Below the pieces are notes generated by a model that made no database searches, was not told where the DNA came from, and saw only the letters and a program-made list of their open reading frames with translations. From Paramecium tetraurelia (taxonomy: Eukaryota), in contig CT868069.1 in assembly GCA_000165425.1 (NCBI GenBank), positions 1 to 64,000 of the forward strand: DNA of 64,000 bases, written 5' to 3'. The translations under genes were made by a program, and so were the position numbers. This document shows positions 24,718 to 38,664 of this stretch, one piece after another. Positions within the stretch are counted from its first letter, which is position 1. Every line of letters begins with the position of its first letter.

Positions 24718-27100
24718 TCAATAATTTATATATTTAATAAATCCCCAAGCTTATAATCCATTATCGTTTATAATTAGCTTCATTCCTTTTGTGATATATT
24801 CTGGGAAATATTTGAATTTCAGTCTAATAATATTAGGTTGCTTCGGAATTAATTCAATAAACTCCATAGGCTTCTCGTTTTTCTCATTAATAACGAATAA
24901 ATCTGTTTTTTTTTGATCATCCTCATTCGTATAAGATTTAACTTAACTACTTCCTTTCCTTCTTGGACTTCTATAGGATTATTTGTTTAAACTATTAGAA
25001 CTACTAGCCTTCTTGAGTTGTTCACTTTATTTTCTATAAGGTGTTCTTGGCTACACAGGTTCAGGTTTTTACATACAAGATTCATCAATTGATTTAGATT
25101 ATTTTTTCCTTATTGTTAGAGTTTCAAACTATAATTATTCTTCTCGAATTATTTTACAAATTTATCTAATAATATAATAAATTTAGATACCTAGTACATT
25201 GAGTATTAATCACAGGTTCAAAGCTCACTGCTATTTTTTTGGCTTCTTTTTAATCATCAAATAACCAAATTTCAGCTAAAAAATCCCATGCAGCTTAAGG
25301 ATTGCTTTTACCTTCGATTAAAACCATTCCACGTCTTATAGGATTCTAATCTGATCCAAATTATTAAGTGAAATTTCCTTATTTAAATCTAATAGTACAT
25401 ATTTATCCACATTGTGCAGATTTTACCTATAATTATAATATTTTATTACTTAAACTCTGTTGCATTAGATTTCTTCAACTTCAATAGGGAAAAATCGACC
25501 ATGTTTATCTGGTCCCATTTATAATATTTGTTTGACTCTTATAATTCCTTTGAGAACTGTTCCACCAAGCACCTTCTAATTATTAATTTCAAACACATTA
25601 TGAATACAATATTCTGAATCTAAATTGGAGTTGTTTGTTAGTTCATTTGTGGAAGGTAGTAAGTTTAAGAATTTGATAAAATAATCTAAAGTCCTCTATT
25701 TTAAATTGGAGATCAAAAATATAGGAATGAGTGTTTTACTTAGAATCTATTTACTAAATAAGACAACATCTTCTTCACTTCTAACAACAATGGGAACACT
25801 TTAAATTTATAGACTCTTAATCATATCTTTTAATTATTCTACTTTGTCAACATAATAATCCTCAGTGATTTGATCTACGTGAGTTATGGCAACCATAAAT
25901 GGTATTTGTTGAATTTAGATTAATTTAAGAAAATCCATAGTAGGTTTACCAATCTATTATAATGATGAGATTGTTAATAAGGCATAATCTGGAAACTAAG
26001 AATTGATAATTTGAATCATTTAATTGTGTGCTCTTTTAGTTCCACCCATATCGATAAAAGTAATTAGTTTTGTTGATAAATCCACTAACTTCTCTACCAT
26101 ACAAGTAGGACTGAAATTAAGTTAATTTTAATGATTCATAATCTTTCCTTCACTATCAAATCCTATGACTGTATGACTGACTCTTTCTGTCTTTCCGGAT
26201 GTAATTTCTGACCTATTCTTCAAGAACTTCATTCTCGCCAAACCTTGTCCATTATCAAGTTGTCCAGTGCTTAGGACTCCTAAAAGGGATGTCTTTCCAG
26301 ATCCACTTTCCCCTAAGAGAAGAATTCTTATGTCCAAATTGATTCCATCCTTCAATCCTTTTCTAACTATAACCTCACAGGTTTTTCCATTTGTTCCCTG
26401 ATTGACACCTACTACCAATAGTTCAGCTTTAAGAGATTATGCCATCAAACAGAGTGTTTTCAATGATCCAAGCATGTCGGATTTGTTGAGACCCAGAGGA
26501 TTACCACTATCTTCAACTCCAATTTTATAATATGCCATTCCGTTTCCTTCAGATAATCTGAAATTCATCTATGTTGTTAAATGAGTTAATCTCTTAGGAT
26601 CTGGATCAACCAGTCTAAGTTTGTATTCGGTGTGTCCAAAATCACTCTCTTACTTGAAACAGGATATCTTTGAGATATCTTCTTGAATTGCATACTAAAT
26701 TCTATCATCAAGTTCTTACTTATTCATCTATGTATTATTATAAATCGATTTGGATCTCCTCGTTATTTGGTTTTACTAAAAGCACAAACTAAGGCTTGGT
26801 TTCATATTTTAAATGCTGTTTGATTAATCAAAAATATACTTATATTTAATCCTATGATTCTGTTTCATCATCATTTATTTAAATATTATCTTGTTTATTT
26901 GATTGTTTTCCTTTCTTTTTTTTCTGGAGATTCAAATTTTGTTTCCTTTGTCTTTACTTATCAGTCAGCTCAGAAAATTAGGGATGAGCTTGCTTTTACT
27001 GTTTTTTCTTCTCTCTTTTAGACTCTTCTTCATCTATACCCTGCCACAAACTATAAATTCCATTATTTATAGTGGATTGTTATTAAAAATCACTATGCAT
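24718..27100 (-). CDS. GTPBP1/GTPBP2-family translational GTPase
   Basis: N-terminal GHTEYKLRLVDP...RLTHLTTQMNFRLSEGNGMAYYKIGVEDSG, P-loop GESGSGKT, GQLDNGQGLAR, followed by EF-Tu-like domains II/III. Confidence 0.9.
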
Positions 27101-27269
27101 GTATGTGGGATTGTACGAGTATATTCTTTCTTAAATATAATAATAAATTATTGTATAAATGTTTTAAATGAATTTCAATTCAATATTAGTTCTGAATAAT
27201 TAATATATTTTTTACGTGTACTTTCTCTCATAGAAATTGCTAGAATAATTAAAGAATAAAATCAATATT

Positions 27270-27954
27270 TCATAAAACAATGAATTCAATAGATTATTCA
27301 TCAAATAATCTTCTTCGTTTTCTTTTTCTTACGCTATTCTTCTTCTTTAATATGTTCCTGTATAATAAATTTCATAGCTATCATACTATCTAATGTTACA
27401 ATTACCTTTGACAAAATTGTAAAAGAAAATAGACATTATTATAACTATTGCAAATATTGATATTGATTTCTCTGTCAGATTGTACGACCTCAAGAATTTT
27501 GTAAAACTATTCTAGTTTCTCTCATAATCTTCTAAAATCTAATCATGATCCAAATTAATACATGTTATTTCTCTGTGTACATTCGACCCTTGATTTCAAT
27601 TTCATCCAACGACAACTAACCTAAGTCACGCTGATCAAAAATAAATTATTCAGGCTTAATCATCTGTAACCAATCAATTTATTGTACCAATGACTCATCT
27701 ATTGTGGAGTCTGGATACCTTATTCTTATCTCTTGCATGCAATTATTCATCATATAAAAAAAGTGATTTAGCACAAGATCTTGTTTCGAAGACTCCTCAT
27801 ATTCAGAAAAATAGCCTAAAATCTAATCTTTGTTTGAGTCGTAAAATAAGCCTACTACTTTATCACACAAATAAAGACGCTAAGTTTCAATATCTTTTAT
27901 CCATTCTGTAGCGTAGCATAAACTTATTATAAAATAACAAATATTCACTTTCAT
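27270..27954 (-). CDS. Small type I membrane protein
   Basis: Signal peptide MKVNICYFIISLCYA, single TM ISIFAIVIIMSIFFYNFV, basic tail RKKKKRRR; three tiny introns. Confidence 0.7.
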
Positions 27955-28317
27955 TATTTATAAAACTAAATTAAAAATGGGAAAATATTATTATTCATTA
28001 TTATCCATATTTATTATTAATCCTGAATCCTTTTTTAAACCGTTCTTTTTTGTTTATCTCCAACATTCGAAATAGTCTTTCATTCTTAATGATTACAATT
28101 TTATTAATCTCTTATAATACTGTTTTTTCATAGAATTGACATAACAAAACTCGCAAAAATACTAATATGTATATATTCTGTAACATATTTACTGCTGATT
28201 AATAAGTGTTTGCAAAATCAAATAATATAGATGATTAGAATTAAAAATTAGAGGGATGGATAAAAAGCGGAATAAATTAGTTTTATTTCATTTTTATATT
28301 TATTTATTTATTAAATT

Positions 28318-29847
28318 ATGACAGATGATGATTTTGAAACCGAGTAAAACTTACTAGGAACGATATTGTCAAGTAAATTACTCCAATACATATTAGTAAC
28401 TGATGAAGTTGAGCATTAGGATCAGAAGAAGTAGAATGCAAGTGTTGATTACAATTCGACATAGACTTAAGCAAAATTCTAATTCTAATATTAGTTTTAA
28501 ACAGCAGATACGTTCAGCAAATCCTTTGAACAAATAAGTTTAGGTTCAGATCAATTATGCAGCCCTATTTCTCCTGATGGGAAATTGTAATAGAAAACTC
28601 AAGGGGTTTGCACTTCATTCAGTTCAGATAATCAAACTAGCTTAGAAAATTCAATGACTTTTGGAAATGCTCGTAGCTTTGATTAATTCTAAAAATAACC
28701 TGAATAATTTTCACCCATATTTTACAGCTAAACCAATCCAATTTGGCCCTCATATCAAAAACCAAGTCAAAATTTAGAGATATAATTAGATATTGATATT
28801 GTAAGATTTGTTGTTTTATCAATTTTTATAGGAGAATATGTGTGGTAATCAAGTGCTCTCTAGAAAGGTGCAGAAGATATTTGAGACAGGATCTGCCAAT
28901 TAAAAGCAATAAATATTCTGGAAGGTGCAGGCGAATTGTTAAGAATTCTCAAAAGATGTCTTTGGAAATTATTTAATTTAGAAGATTCTTGAAAAAGGTA
29001 TTACTCAATATATCATTTTAGGATCTTTAGCATAATAAATTTTGATCTTTAAATAACTATTGCCTTATGTATTAGAATTATCGAAAAATAATTTTGGTTG
29101 TAGAGTGATATAGAAACTTATAGAAATCATCTCCAACAATGATCAACTCATAAATCCATTCATTGAAGAAATAAAAAAAAATGTTTAATCACTTTTAATT
29201 GATTAAAACGGCAAATATGTAATTTTAAAATGCCTGGAAAACCTTTAAATAGATGCAGTTAGATTTATACTAAAACCAACAGAGGAATAATGTAATCATA
29301 TGTGTGATTCTTAATATGGATGTAAAATAATCTAAAAACTAATTGAAAACTATCCATCTTAAGTGGATGATTTGATATAAATTTGTATATCTACTTAAGA
29401 CCTCCTCTATAAATCTTAATCTGGGAATTACATCATTTAATATGCCATTAAATAGCCGAAAAATCTAGAAGTTATAGCAAATTACATCATAAATCACTTA
29501 GAATATTTATGTTTTAATAAATATGCAAGTAATACAGTCGAAGCTATCCTTGAATATTTAACCCCAAAACTTAAGAATGATTTAATTTAAATTTTGATCA
29601 AGCTTTCAGATTAAAATAAAATGTAATTGTATGATGTAATCTTAGGTTCATTTTTATAAATATAGCAACAAATCCTTTTGGAAATTATGTTATAAAGAGG
29701 TTATTATATACGTTTGAACTAGAACACACGCAATAACTGTTAAATGTAATAAAATAGAATTTAAATTTGCTACAATACATCAAGCAATCAGATTATGGAT
29801 AAAGAATCTATACAATATTGACAACATAGTTAAATGATTAAAATTGA
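28318..29847 (+). CDS. Pumilio/PUF family RNA-binding protein
   Basis: Eight Puf repeats, e.g. DVFGNYLIQK, NNFGCRVIQK, NKYASNTVEA, NPFGNYVIKR. Confidence 0.93.
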
Positions 29848-29929
29848 TAATAATATAAAATGATTATAAAAATAAAATATAATAATGATAGATTACACTT
29901 ATTATACATATTAATAGACTCAAAATTAA

Positions 29930-31281
29930 TCACTCAACAATGGAATTCAAATTACAAAAGACTTGTAAATCCAAATCTTAATGATTACACAATGGGATAG
30001 TAGATTCCAGCAATAAAATTCAAAATAGCCAAAAGAATAGTAAAATAGATCACTAAATGAACTAATTGTAATTTTTCAATAAGTTTCAAAGAGAAATGAC
30101 AACATATAGTTCCAAATACAAGCTAAATAGGAATATTATCTTTACTGCTAATCCGAAAAACCAAGCGATTTCTGCTATCGAAATTTAACTATCAGTTATT
30201 AATTTGACAATATTAGTCAAGCCGATAAAAAAGTAATTAAAAGCTGATGTTGCAGTTGCAATTCTAGGATGTAGTCCTAATTCTAATAAAACAGGCACCA
30301 TAATTAATCCCTTAAATAATACAAATGAATTACTGCTCCTAAAGCTAGAAGGCCTGAAATCAATCCAGCAAAAAACCCAGATACATATATTAATATAAAT
30401 CTATTCTTTTGAAAATATCTTTCTTACATATAAATTTTATAATCATCAAATATCATTTCTTTCTAATAATAATATAATATCTATATTACCTTTAATCCAT
30501 ACGTATAGACTAACCTGGACATAAAAATATTAACGATAAACAACATAATCCACAACATGTATCTAAAATCAAAGCATTTATTTAGTGGAATAAATGGTTT
30601 TAGATATTTTCCACCAGTCATAATTATTTATGAAACAATAAAGAAGGATAAGGCTATGGCCAACTTTTTAGATGGGCAAAAATTCTGGAATTCATTTTGT
30701 AATAATAATTGTTGTTCTTCAGTATATATCGAATCTTTTTAATTGAGTAAATATTTTTCTAAGTCAAGTTCACTTTGGCATCTTATCTTTCTCAGCTTCT
30801 CTTTTTTGGCTTTATTCAATAGAAATGGAATTACGATGATCAAAAATATTTATTAGAACATTGTTTCAATTATGGGAGCCAAAAATACGTTTAGGATACT
30901 GCCTAAATAAGATCCAAGTGCTATTGAGCAATTTAAAATGACTACTAGATCGTAATTTACTAATGGTCTTTTCTAATCATAGGGATGTGATTTCTTCATC
31001 AATAGAAATGTATTTATGACACACCCGCCAAACATTAAGCAATAAGATAACTAAGTTGCATAACTCTATTCATAATCAAGCATCATTAAGAGAATGGGTC
31101 CTTTCAATACTCCTCCTCCTAATCCTCCAGTCATTCCAAGTCCCAACAATACTGGGCATAGGATGTACACTAGGGTAGCATAGAGGGACATTGGGAATAT
31201 GGGATCGTGTATACACATCCCATTTATGCATTTGTTTAAATATCCGCAATTTAGAGATTCTGGACATACTTGTTTGAACAT
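29930..31281 (-). CDS. Sulfite exporter TauE/SafE family membrane protein
   Basis: GMTGGLGGGVLKGPILL, HPYDQKRPLVNYD, LGLHPRIATATSAF; multiple TM segments. Confidence 0.88.
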
Positions 31282-31376
31282 TAAGATATTAAATAATAAT
31301 GAAAATTGTCAAATCCAATTAGAGTTTTGTAAATTACCTATTATATTTAAAAATTATTTAATAAATAAGTAATCAA

Positions 31377-31820
31377 TCATTTTTTAAGATAGTGAATTCG
31401 ATTTCTTTGGTTAATCATTTGCTGATGAATTTATAAGTAATTGTGTACCAAGATGGAGCTTTATTTTTCCAATTAATCTAAGTATTTGTATTATTGATCA
31501 AATCCAGCATGCATACTAAATTTATCCATCAAACTGTCAATTTGTAATATGGATTTTTTGTTAAAATTGTTAGTTTTGATTCTTTCTTGAGTGCTAATGT
31601 GAGTTGATACTTCTAAAGAATTGTTTGAGATCTTGTTTGAAATTGATCTTCCTTTGCTACTTTATTTTTGAAAAGGCGATTAATTTTTTGATCTTTGGCT
31701 TGGTATGTAATTATTCTATTTGATATATGGACTTTTTGTTAGTTGAGGTAACTTAAGTTTAAAACTAGGACTATTATCCTTGCTTTAAGCTTTGATTAAT
31801 AATTAATCATTTTTATACAT
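31377..31820 (-). CDS. Uncharacterised small basic protein (147 aa)
   Basis: Intronless 444-nt ORF, MYKNDQLLIKAQSKDNSPSFKLKLPQL...HYLKK*. Confidence 0.65.
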
Positions 31821-31837
31821 TAATTATAATCACACAT

Positions 31838-32642
31838 ATGAAAGAATACGGTTCATCTAAACTGCTCAAGACAATTATTCAACAAGAAGTCATCACCAAT
31901 GCGGAGCCTCCTAAGAAATTCAAAGTTAATGATTAGTATAAACCCTCAGAGAATATTATTATATCATAATATGCTTAAGAGGATCATAAAAAAGAAAAAA
32001 AAACTTTGGATGACATTATTCCAATAGATCCTCAAATTCCAGTTGTAGAGACAAAGAAGCATACAGAAAAACCAGTAAAAAAACACGAACAAACACAAGA
32101 AAGTCTTGTTGATGATCTACAAAATATTAATATTGTTGCTTGTGAGGAATATTCCCACTTGAGACCAGTCATACTTGGAGAGATAGAAGAAGAGAACATA
32201 AAACAAAAAAAGAGTTTTTTATAAGCATTACGCGATGGTCATTGCATTATATAATTGCCAAACAAATTACCTTTCCATGACATAGGAAAAACATAAAAAT
32301 ATGTTGAAGAGGTTAAAGGAGATTAGGCGCAAAAATAATTAAAGTATTGATATTCAAGATTTAATTAGAGATTATTATGATGAATGTTATGATAGTAGTG
32401 GAATTCAATTATAAAAATAATTCACAAATCTGAGTAATAAAGCCGACGTGGGTATACATATAGGAAAGATTTCAATTGCTGCTGATGGATCTGCCATTTG
32501 GAAAGCTGGAAGGGAAGAATTTGAAATTGTTTAAGGAATAACCTAGGATTTAGATTAAAAATGTTTGATCATCAATAAAGAAGATGGTAAATGTGGGTTC
32601 ATCAAAGTGGGTGAAAAATTTGTTATAACTCCTAATTATTGA
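31838..32642 (+). CDS. RPC4: RNA polymerase III subunit RPC4-like
   Basis: C-terminal IIQLPNKLP...HIGKISIAADGSAIWKAGREEFEIVQG...VGEKFVITPNY* fits the Rpc4 domain pattern. Confidence 0.72.
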
Positions 32643-33018
32643 AGTTCATTTTAAATAATAATATATTCAGTAAATTATATGAATTGTAAAACTATATTTA
32701 AAATCTTAACTTAATTTTATTATCACATAATCTACACTTTAGTTTATCTCTCAATTCTCAAAAACTCGCAATTTATAAGAGATAATGTAATTAATATTTT
32801 CAAATTATTGAACAAAATTTAAGGATTGTAATATTGACATTTATTCTTTTTATAAAATTATTAACAATACTATAAAGTTGAGCTTGTAATAAATTTTGAT
32901 TTCTTAGTGGTACCAAAATGATATAATTGAAGTGTACAAAAATTGATGGGTATTATTAGTGTTATTATATATATTAATAATTTTTAACGAATTATAAATA
33001 ATTCAAATTTTAAACCAA

Positions 33019-33542
33019 ATGAAAACCTTTTAAGTTAGTAAAGACTCATCATTTAGGTATGTTAAACATTAAATTAAGGATCTTAGTGCCATAAAATAGG
33101 ATTGAAATGGAAGAGGAGACAGTGGAAACATCAATCTAGTTAGATTAAAAGAATATTTATCGACCAATTAAAATAATATTTCCTCCTCCAAATCTTCCAA
33201 AAATCATTACAAATACAAAGTAAATTATACATTTATGTCAGATCTTGTAATTGTAAAAAATCCTAATGTCTAAAACAGTATTGTGATTGCTTTGCTAACG
33301 GATAAATGTGCTCTGAAAATTGTAATTGCGTTGGCTGCTTCAATAATACACTCAACATTGAGCAAAGAAAGGTGGCTAAAGTGCAAATTGTTAATCGAGA
33401 TCCTGGAGCATTTAAATAAAGTTTCAAAGGATGCAATTGTAAAAAGTCTGGCTGCCAAAAGAAATATTGTGAATGTTTTTTAAATGGTCTAACATGTACA
33501 CATTTGTGTAGATGTGATGGATGTCTCAATTGCTAAAAGTGA
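33019..33542 (+). CDS. Tesmin/TSO1-like CXC (CRC) domain protein
   Basis: [16 protein letters not shown]...RDPGAF...[17 protein letters not shown]; two introns. Confidence 0.93.
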
Positions 33543-33895
33543 TATTTTTATATAATTCATTTCAATCATAAAGAGTTAGAATTAAAATTTAATCTAATTA
33601 ATTAATTCTTTAATCATGATCAAAAATAATTGACCATATATCTTATATCACTTATTTGTAGTGATAACTCGCAAATTTCTTAAGAAATTTAATGCCTGAA
33701 CTATATATTAAGAATATTATATCAATCACAGAATATATCTAATATTTTTATCAAAATTTTCGATTGAAGATCAAATCTGATTACTTTTCCTTTAGTAACT
33801 ATACAAGATTAAGATAAATGATAAAACTTTTAATTCTTTATGATATAATTCTAATTATAAAATTTAAATTATTAAATCATTAGATATTTATGTAA

Positions 33896-35466
33896 TCATA
33901 AGACTTTATTGCTGGTTGTACTGCTTAATATCAATTAGAGACGATTATTTTATGTTTTGAAGAGAGGAGAGAAGTGCATCTAGGATTGAAATGTTCTGGA
34001 TTTAATTCTGTTTTAAGCTTTTGGCAAAATCATTCTTGTTTTTTCTTTGCGGCTTTTCAATTGGGATTGCGATGTACTCAAGGGACTATTACAAGATTAT
34101 TTGTCTAACAATTCTTCTGGGAAGTGGGTTTTCATTGCAAGTTTTTTCATTTTATATTTTGGTTATTCAACTTAGGATTCAGGCTTTTGAATTAATTAGG
34201 TATCCAAATCTTGAGATTCATTTTAAGTAACAAAATTATAGCAGATTTTTGATTTAAGAAAGAGCTCTGATTAGGTATGAGTAACGCTTAAAGGTATAAC
34301 TTTAACTGGATGTTTTTTTTATTTTTAAGATAAGAATTCGAGTTATTATTTGATTAAATTAATACGTTGCTATTTTTTAATTTATTGAATTTATTGTATC
34401 TTTTTTGTAGTCTCTATTAATCTTTCGCTTTGTTGTGGAGATTCAATTATATTTTCTGATTTAATTCTTTAAGTATAATATTATGGAAAAGTGGAGGCTG
34501 TTTTTGCATCTGTCTATGTTCTAAGTTCAGCAAATTATTGGAGTTCTATTCTGTGCAATTTAAGTTCTTCTGATTGTTATTCAAACATTCTTTCAACCAA
34601 AGAAGTTCTTTAGATTTTATAAGCATAGCCCTTGGCTGAATTACAGACCAGTGAGTACTCATAAGGAAGATTGATGTTGAGATGATAGAATCCAAATACT
34701 TGCAATTCTCCGATTTCAAATAGCTATGATATCAGGGATAGTTACATTAGCATTAGTTTGATTAGATCTAATGAATTTCTTAACTAAGAAGCTACCAGAT
34801 TTAATTAAAATAAAATAATCAACCTTTTAGCCTTCTTAGATAACAATTTGATTTTTTTCAAATTCATACAAAAAGGAATTTAGATAAATATGTTTCAATT
34901 GGGTTCTGTGAAGATGGGAAAATATCTTGATTTGAGAGAAATAATCGATGTTCTTCATAATTAACAGATAGATACTTCGTCCAGTTATTTTTATTGTTCT
35001 TCTTAAAGAATATGTTTAAATTGTTATTTGTCTAAAACAGCAAAAGTGCATTCAGTGAGACATTGGATTGTCGCTAACCTTGGTTGCTTGTGTAGGAGTG
35101 CTAATTCACCAAAAGATTCCCCTTTGTTCAGGATTCTTACAGCTTCCATTTCAATTTGATTGGGCTTCCTCACTAATACCACAACCTGTCCTTCTAAAAT
35201 AATGTAGAATTTAGTGCCTACGCTGTCTAACGAGTTTAGGATTATGGTTTACCTACATAGAATACAATTTCATGGGTTTTGAATTTTTCACAATACATGT
35301 TTTTACAACATTTCCTTTGTATTTGAATTCCATTCTCAGACTTGGTGTATTATTTAAAAAAAGGAAGTTAAGAGGTTAATTTAACTAGAAGATCGATCTC
35401 AGCTTTGCTTCTATGTTGCGGACTCTTCTTTAATAATAGTTCAACCTCATCAATTTACTTTTGCAT
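33896..35466 (-). CDS. Cyclic nucleotide-binding domain protein
   Basis: GTKFYIILEG...GESFGELALLHKQPRLATI (phosphate-binding cassette), a degenerate second cNMP domain and a low-complexity tail. Confidence 0.88.
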
Positions 35467-35587
35467 AAATAATATTTATTATTACTAATACTCAATTGAA
35501 TAATTTGTTATCAAAGGGATCTCTACAAAGTGAAGATAATAAAATTTATTTTATATAATTGTATAATTATAAAAACTAATAATAAAA

Positions 35588-38030
35588 ATGTTTGGCAAAA
35601 AGAAGAGTTCATCTGTTGGGTTCAATCCTTTTAGCAGATTTGAATAAGAAAAGCCAAGCATAAGTACTAAAATCATCAACAAATTGAAAAGCCTGTTTTA
35701 AACCAATTTAAATCCTTCTTCTTGTATAAAAAGGGAACTAATATCTTAATAGACAATTTATGTTCCTGTCGATTTAGATATTGTCGGAGCATAAACTATT
35801 GAACATGGTAACATTAATATTGATTAAGATTCCATTCAAATATGTCATTCCCAGAGTAGCATTAAATAAAGAAGATACAAACCCACGAGTTTTGATGATC
35901 ATCTCAAAGAATAATAAAAATAAATAAAATTGTTAGATGATTTCAACTAGAAGCTTTAAAAAAAAGAAGAAAAACACCTAAAAAAAGTCAATGGTAATTG
36001 TTTAACAATTATTACAATCAGCCTTGCAATAGAGTTTCGATCGTGTTTTACCATAAGATATCCATATCACTGAAGATAAAAAGGACATTCAACCTAGAAA
36101 AAAACTTAGTTCTCAATAATACAAAAAAAGAAAGCTTGATTGTAAAATTTTGATATAATCATAGAGAAAAAAAAAGTGGGCATCCAATTTGTATATAAGA
36201 AACATGTTTATGATTAATATTAGGATAGTATAGATGAAAGTAGAATAAAAGTAATCCCAGAATAAATGAGCGATGATTCCCTTAAAAATAATAGTCTCCT
36301 TGCAGCAGAACTAAAAGTACAGCCAAAAAATAAAGAAATCATTATTATTTCATTAGAAAATCAGTAAAAACAAGAGCTTGAACCTCCTCTTATTAATGGA
36401 ATCAAGGAAAATCAATCAAAAAAGTTAAGAAAATCCTCATCCATGATTAATTTGAATGAATAAGAGGCTAAATCATTTTCTTGCAGTCCTAAAGAACTTG
36501 AAAATTCACAATCCAGAAAACAATCCGATCTCATAAATATAACTAAGTAAGTTGAACCATTAATAAATGAAGTCAGAAAAGAAATAAAAAAGAATGAAAA
36601 GTAAACTGAATTTTCAGTATAGCCACAATAGACTGTGATCAATTTCTTAGTTCAAGGATCTGGGGAATAATAGAAAATTTAAACAACAAATAACAGCACA
36701 TCACAAAAAAAGGAAGTTCCTGAAGAAGTTAAGCAAACTGAAGTATAAGAAAGCCATATTAATAATTTTTCAGAAACTCCTTTGTTTGGATTTGGAAAGA
36801 ACAGCAATGGTCCATAAATGATTCCTTATAAAATCAATGTGCAATCGTCTTTATTTGCGTTTAATGATTCTAAGGACTAGGATGTATAAAAATCATCTAA
36901 TAATTGTTCAGGCTAGAATTTATTTTAAAATTAATTCACTTTCAGCTAAAATAAGTCACAGCCTCAAAATTCTATTGTAAATAATAATAAAGAATCTTCT
37001 GATCAAAAATAAAAGGTTGAAGAAAGTAAATAAACTTATAGTCTTTTCAACAATACATAAGAAAGTTAAAATGATTAGTTTCCCCTTAAAAAATAGCTTT
37101 TTTAAAACTTAACTTATCAATCCTAATCTACTTAAGGAGAATAGAAAGAGGAAAGCAAATAGAATCAGCCTGATGATAGCAATTAAAAGCCTGATATTGA
37201 AAATACTTAGCCTATTTCTATTGGCTTAAATTTGTAATTGAAATCATCATCTGATAATAAGAAAGACATTTAATTCAATATCAATAGTTAACTAAATTAA
37301 GTTGGTCAATAAACTCCTTTTCAAATTTTATAATAATAGCCACCCAAAAATGAGAACAATAAGACTGATACTTATACTCCTGATCTATTAATTAACAAAG
37401 TGGCTACTCCAGCCAAACAAATAAGCAATCCTTTTCTATAATAATCACCTAAAATTGATTAAGAATAAATAATCGACTATTTTTCAAATCATTTATAATA
37501 ATAAAATAATATCAATTAGGATGATCCTGCTAAAGCATAGATCTCCCAATTTTCAAATGAACTATTTCAATAATAAAATATTGGCGCTTCTATGTTTAAT
37601 CTTCAAAATAGAAATGCATTTTAAGAAAGTCTAAGTAATAATATGAAAATGAATAATAATGGTGTTAAAAACGATATGGAAATCACAGATACTCTATTAC
37701 CTTCATAATAATTCTAATAACCTTTGTAGACATAAAACACTTTTGGATCTTTTAATTAATCTCAACTTGGAACCAATAATTTCTTTCCATAAATGCAATA
37801 GCAAATTTCAGGTGGGTTTAACCCTGTGTAATATTTTTAAAAAAACCCTTTGTAATAAAATGAACATTAACCTTAATACTTTTAACTCCATTAAACTAAT
37901 GGTAATTATTTATTTATTATTCTAAGGTATATTCGCTTAGGATCCACCTAAGTAAACAAATTAATCATAAAGTTTGAATAACAGTTTTTCAAGTAGGAAT
38001 GGCAATAAGAAATAAAGAATAGATCAATGA
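35588..38030 (+). CDS. Large Q/N/S-rich protein with dispersed Phe motifs (FG-nucleoporin-like)
   Basis: Long ORF with introns. The C-terminal half has LFGFG, SLFAF, NLFQ, TFGSF, NNFF, GIFA and a basic end NKKQRIDQ*. The gene is solid; the identity is tentative. Confidence 0.6.
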
Positions 38031-38633
38031 TTGAAATAATTAATTTAGCTAAAATATAATTATTAATAATAATAATAATGAATAATGTAAATAATTCAGA
38101 TATAATGATATGGGTATATCTTATGATATTAAACATAATTATCCTAATTATTATTTATTTGTTTGTTATCGATACCGTTCATAAATTGTATCAAAAATGA
38201 TAAGAATCTTTTCCTTTGGAACCTTAAATATTGTGAAAATCCTCTCAAATGCAAATTTTTAACCCTATCTTAAAGATATTTTGTACCTATATCATTACTA
38301 CACTAATATTGCCATTATGATAGGTATCAACTTTAGAAAAAATAAAAGATTTTCGGATCTCCAAAAATTCTTGTGATTATTAGAACTAGTTTGTAGTGTC
38401 AACCTTTAAATTATATTAGAATGCTTGAAATGGCTGACAAATTCTTGACCAATACAATAACTAACTCATGTTTATCATTTAAAATATTAATTAATAACCA
38501 ATCAAAATAATTATTTTGATATTTTTATAAAATTCTAAAATAGTAAACTAGTTTTAGTAAAAAAATACAGGATTTGATTAAAGGTATTAGGAAACGAAAG
38601 TTTTTATGAAGACTTCTAAATTTATTTTATGAT

Positions 38634-38635
<2 letters not shown>

Positions 38636-38664
<29 letters not shown>

